64,000 nt of DNA from the human T2T-CHM13v2.0 reference genome, Homo sapiens. Both the position numbers and the translations under genes were made by a program. Shown one piece after another: positions 58,346-64,000 of this stretch. The notes below the pieces were generated by a model. The model had not been told where the DNA came from and did not search any database. It was given only the letters and a program-made list of their open reading frames with translations. Position 1 is the stretch's first letter; every line of letters starts with the position of its first letter. The stretch lies in assembly GCF_009914755.1 (NCBI RefSeq), contig NC_060930.1; one strand, written 5' to 3'.

Positions 58346-59779
58346 ATTCCTTGCCATGTGGCCAGTACTGAAGAAAACTATCTGTGCAGTGAAGGCTGCT
58401 TGGAATTTCATCTCTTGGACAAGGTTTATATTCATGTTTTATCTCATGTAATCACATTTAGACATGAGTAAAGAGTGGTCTTGTTTTTGTTTTGGTGTAT
58501 TATGCTCACAAAGTGGCCTTATTTGATATTGATGTCCCATGAAATCATTTGTGTTCAACGACAGCACATCAAAGCCTAGCTGAAGCACCAGGCTGGCCCC
58601 TTGATGTCTGCAGCATAAGGGGCAATTGGATGACCAGAGTGGTGCTAAAGTACTGAATTTGGAGGAATCTCACTCTGTTACACTTAGGACAAGTTTGGGG
58701 CTCGAGGATATTGATGATCTGCTACAGATCCTTGGGCATGAATCCCGTGTGTGGGCTCTTGCATGAGCTCTCCTCCTACTGTGGCCACCTCCCATTCTAC
58801 AGGACCAGAGAGTAGAATGTAGCATGTGCAATATCCTGTGTGTCCTCATCACTGGTGCCCAGCATGGTCACCTTACGTCCTCTATAAGCTCCATGTGACT
58901 TATCAGGCAGTCCTCCACTGGGGGTAGCTGTACTTACCTCAGGGCTCTCAAGTCCTTTGTTCTGTGACATTAATGCACCCTTCAAATAGGTATCCTCCTT
59001 GCTCCCAATTAATGTGTTGATATCATTGCTCACCATAAGCCATGCTAACAGGCATTGCTTAAGTGGGTGGACTACTCTACCATGGTCCCTTCCCTATTCT
59101 CCCCTGATGGAAATTTGTGGAAGCCAGGGATATGGTCATTATTGAAAGAGATCATATAATTACAACCTGAAGAATTCCAGAGGTCATGGTTGGAAGATGT
59201 GTTCCTCTATGTTTATGCTATAAAACTCCTAATGGTAAATTTAACATGAGAAGGAAACAAAATACTGTCTGTATTTTCCCACGTACTCTGGGGGCAACCT
59301 TTGCAGTCATCATCAACAAAACAAAGTAACAACCTTTGAAAGAGTCACTAAAAGCCCACACTCATGGGCTGCTTTTGGTTGACCCAGCATCCTGAGCAAT
59401 GATGTCACCAGCATCGAATCGATGATGTCAGTGAACTGTAGCAGCAAGAAGATCTGTGTTGTTTCTATCAAACATTCTGAAGAGCCATGGCATTGTGAGT
59501 TGCAAAATTTTTCCCACTATGGGATATATGAAATTAGCCAGGGGCAGCATTTTTGACAATTAAGAACATGAACAGATGATTTCTAAACCTGAACAGGAAG
59601 AGATGGTGCCTAGACACCCTAAAGATCTTTCATGTGCCCTGCTGAGAATTTACACAAATATGTAACCACTTCTCTACCCATTATTCTATTATCTTCATTC
59701 AATTCTTGCTTGAATTGTGTAATACATTCTCAAATCAAAATGTTTATACTGACAGTGATCCTACAAAAAGTGTTTTCCA

Positions 59780-60078
<299 letters not shown>

Positions 60079-63000
60079 GTGGTTTCAGCATACACCCTAG
60101 GAGATGCCTTGCAGGGAAGGCTTCCTGAAGAAGTCAGGTTTAAGATACAAAAGTATGTTTAGGAGTTAAGTAGACAAAGAGGAGAGTGAAGTTTGTTCCA
60201 GTCAGAGAACATGTGCAAAGGTCCTGTGGTGGGAAGGACCAGGTGAGTGTGAGGGACTAAAACAATACAATACATTCTAAAGGACAGTCAGTGGATTCTG
60301 ATAATAGTCTGGTTCCCCACTCACCAAAGGACTGGTAAAAAGCCTCAGTCAGTATAACATCGTTGTGTGTGTTCCCATGTACCTGCCCTATGCTTGCTCC
60401 CCATCTCAGCTTCTTGCTTGGGGCCGTGACTGCTCACAGGAGATGGTTTCTAGTCTTTGCTCCTTGGCTGGAAGGAAGAGAGCTACACCTCTCATTCCTT
60501 AATTGCAGTCCTTCACAGCTACAGCTTTGGAATTCTTCTTTCTGTCATGGCTATGGGAGGATATTTTTTAATGCCTGTGGTGGAAAGAGTACTCCTTGCT
60601 TAGTGAGAGAGATTGAACAAACCCCTTGTTGTGTAGAAGAATACAAGTGGCGACATTCCTCTGCAATAAGGCTAATGCTTCCCCTTGCAACTGATGCTTG
60701 GAATATAACTGTTTAGTCACCTTACATCCAGTAATGCAGGGGCGGTATCAGAGCTTTGCTTCAAAGCTGAAATGAAGATCAAAACTAATATAAAGTATAG
60801 GGGGAAGCAGCATTAAGTAGGCCCAGGGTCCGCATCTTTTCTTTTAAGTTTTGTCCCAGTGGATCTGAATTGCTTTTATCCAATGATTTTTTCCCCAGGC
60901 TTTAATCCCATTGGCTTTTTTCTCAGGTGAAAAACAAATCCCAAGTGTCTGTGCTGTGTGCCTACTGGTAAGGTAAAGAAATCTGTCTGAAGAGTGAAAT
61001 CTTGACATAGACCCAGCCATTCTGAGGAAGGGGAACAGTACCAAGGCTGAGAAAAAAAATGGGATTAATGGGAATTGGAGGGGCATAGGTGTTACACACA
61101 AAGCCTTGGGAGAGTATCTCCTCTGAGAAGCCTCCTTTGATTTACACTCCCCACCGCCCCCACCTTAATTCTCAAACTGCCTAAGACTTAATAGAATATA
61201 TGCATTTTTTTTCCAACTTAATCTCAGCCAGATTGAAGCCAATCTCCACCAGATTGAAGGGAGCAGCTGGATCATGGGATGCTAGTGCTTGGAACTAGAA
61301 GGAGAGCTCATCTGAGACATGCTGATTGTTGACACTTCTGAGCGGATTGCAAGAACGAAGAAACGAAGGAACATCTTGACTCCTTACATACACTGCAAGT
61401 CCCTTGAGTGAAAAAATGACTCTCCTTATCCTGAAAATCTGAAAATACTACCTCAAAAATCAACTCAATACATGTTTTGTCATAATGTGATTATGTGCTT
61501 TGTGCCAGTTTTGTGAATCATGTCTTACAGATAACGGTGTTGATATCGACAGTAATGTTTCTGGTAAAGGAGTTTTGGCTCCAAGAAAGAAAAAGAAAAG
61601 AAGATCCTGCCCCATGTGCAGGTCTACTCAGCTATGGCTCAGGAGGGCATTTGGGGTAAAATCCTTTGTTTTTTGGATAAAAGAAGAAAGACCCAGGAAT
61701 TACATATATATGCCTCTGTAAATATGTCAAAGGGTGAGCAACATTCACTCAAAACAAGGAACGTTTAATGAATGCCTGCTGTGTGTCAAAGGATTCTCAA
61801 GCAGTCACATATTTAATCCACCAAATTACCTAGGGTAATTTTACACCAACTTTTCACTTGAAACTGAGATCCAGGGATGTTGTGCCTTCCTGAGGTTATT
61901 CTGCAAGGAAGGGCTGGAGTTTGCAGCCAGAGCCTCTGTCTCTGTTTCAAAGCTCACTTTGCAACTCCATAGTTGCCAAAACTGTGGGATGCAATTGACA
62001 GTTCATTCTGATGGAGAGTGCGTCCAGAAAATATTTGTTTAAGACAGAAATCCAGATTTGTTCAAAACAGCAATATCCTCTTCAGCCAGTTGTTTGCACA
62101 GACATCTTTGCTGCCATCCAGGAAAATCTGAGCACATACCTTCCCGGTGCTTCCCTGCCCTGAGCCAATGCTGTCCTTATTTGACAAGGAAGGGCAGGAC
62201 AGCCTGTAGCCAAGACTAGGGGACACAACACTGAGTTTCTCTGCTCCCGGGCCCCAGAGAAGTCACTCAACTATAGAGCTGGAGGGACCGCCAGCCTCTG
62301 GGAAACGCTGCTCTTTAACCAAACCAGAAAGATCATTGTCTGCCTGTTTTTTGACAGTCAGATAAGAAAACGCCACAGATTCCCTTGAAGAGTCATCCTG
62401 GTCAATCAGAAAACTTTTCTCTAAATGGTACGCAGCAAAAACAGAAAGGGTAATTATTAACCTTAACATAGGGATTCCAGATGGCAATCTGTTCTTTCAT
62501 CTCAATTAAGGGGAAATGGCAGAGACAAAAGTCAAGATATGAAAAACGGAAGAGGCACTGCCTGTGGGTGCTTCAGCTTAGCATTTCAATGGTTTTAGAG
62601 CTGGATCTCTATTAGGCAAAACTGAGGTCTCTTCTCAGAAGGTGGACTATCATTTCACTAACAGGATGTTGAGTATTTCTCTCTGATCCCTTGAGTACAT
62701 GTATGGCAAGTACGTCTCATTACACAAGAATAAGACTAATAGAATTGCTTCCAATATTTTTTGGATGGATATGGTGGGAGGCCATTGAGAAACAGAAGCC
62801 AGATTTCACACATATTTAATTTTAAAATACTATTTAAATAGTATTAAGCTTTTCCATGCTTCCGTATTGGCTTGAAATTCATAATGTCATGATTCAAAAC
62901 ACTTTTTCTCTAACTTAGTGATTCAAAATACGTATTTATTAAAGGAAATGTATTGTGCATTGAACTTTTTAAGTTTTCTTTCTTGGAGCTTAATCACAGA

Positions 63001-63189
63001 AAAACAATTAATAAACAGAACCTTTGCCCAGCAGTCAGTTCTTTCACTGTTAGCTGTGGAATCAAACCTGTCTCTGTGTTTCCCTTGACACACCAACACT
63101 AACACCTAACTAGAGCTATACTGACTGCTTGAGGATTCCTGAATATGAATAGTATTTTCTCTACTTTATTATAAATATTTTGAGGTAAA

Positions 63190-63385
63190 TAGCTGAGGCT
63201 TTGGAATCAAACAGAGCCAAAGTCAAACTACTAACTCACTATATGTTCTTGGGCAAATTATTTTTCCTCCATGAGCCTCAGTTTTCTCATCTGTTAAATA
63301 GGGATAATAATAAATACTTCATAAGATTGTCATTGAAGAATTCATTAGCTAATACATGTAATGTAGGTGTTCAATGAAAGGTAGC
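63190..63385 (+). mobile_element. MIR
   Basis: GGCTTTGGAATCAAACAG..TTGGGCAAATTA..GAGCCTCAGTTTTCTCATCTGT. Confidence 0.85.
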
Positions 63386-63479
63386 TTGTTTTTATCCCCG
63401 TTGTTGTTATTAACTTCCTCTTTGTATTAATTTTTTTCTGACAGAAAATAAGTTCTCATTCTTACTTATATTTTCAACC

Positions 63480-63722
63480 ATTGAAATTCCACCTGTTATC
63501 GAATGTCCTCTCTCAGGAGCTTCCCCAGTCCTCTCTGCTAGAATTGAATTATCCATTATCTCTAATCCTATGCCTTGTGTAGCACTTGCCACTTATTACA
63601 CTGTGCTCTAGTTTCTTTTTGCACAAATCTCATCTTCCTAATTAGAATGAAAGCCTCAGGAGGGCAGGAAGCAAAATGATTTTTCCTGTAAAATACCTTT
63701 TGAATGTCTGTTGAATGAATAT
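63480..63722 (+). mobile_element. L2 3' fragment
   Basis: TAGAATGAAAGCCTCAGGAGGGCAGG..TGTTGAATGAAT. Confidence 0.65.
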
Positions 63723-63837
63723 TGAAGACTTCCCTATTTCGTTTTGCATTATTTTTTGAATAAAAACAGAAATGATTTTTCATTTTAGTATTTTTTTAAA
63801 TTTTAGAATTTAGATATGTCAATTTAGTAAATGTTTC

Positions 63838-64000
63838 TGTCAGGCCTCTGAGCCCAAGCCAAGCCATTGCATCCCCTGTGACTTGCACGTATACGTCCAG
63901 ATGGCCTGAAGTAACTGAAGAATCACAAAAGAAGTGAATATGCTCTGCCCCATCTTAACTGATGACATTCCACCACAAAAGAAGTGTAAATGGCTGGTCC
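63838..64000 (+). mobile_element. LTR7 (HERV-H LTR), U3 start, truncated by window edge
   Basis: TGTCAGGCCTCTGAGCCCAAGCCAAGCCAT..CAGATGGCCTGAAGTAACTGAAGAATCACAAAAGAAGTG..TTAACTGATGACATTCCACC. Confidence 0.96.

Overview
This is primate (very probably human) AT-rich intergenic or deep-intronic DNA. It is dominated by interspersed repeats: about 15 Alus, old L1M and L1PA pieces, L2/MIR, MaLR and ERV LTRs (MER41, THE1, MLT1, MLT2, LTR7/HERV-H at the right edge), hAT MITEs, and a full-length Hsmar2 mariner. I recognise no intact protein-coding gene, rRNA, tRNA or CRISPR array. Many supplied ORFs, including the longest, are Alu, L1, LTR or microsatellite read-throughs, and the rest are short frames I cannot match to any protein. 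Repeat family calls come from remembered consensus sequences, so subfamily labels and the boundaries of old elements are approximate. The most notable observations are: (i) recurrent perfect short inverted repeats, often next to small duplications, resembling template-switch scars, including a 35-bp-arm AT palindrome inside an MLT2A LTR and a hairpin inserted in an Alu; (ii) co-oriented LTRs from families with known embryonic, placental or immune regulatory activity, two with DUX4-type motifs; (iii) an Hsmar2 with all three catalytic Asp codons destroyed; (iv) an unidentified decayed coding-like segment near the left edge. The sequence alone does not support a new biological system; these are hypotheses to test.
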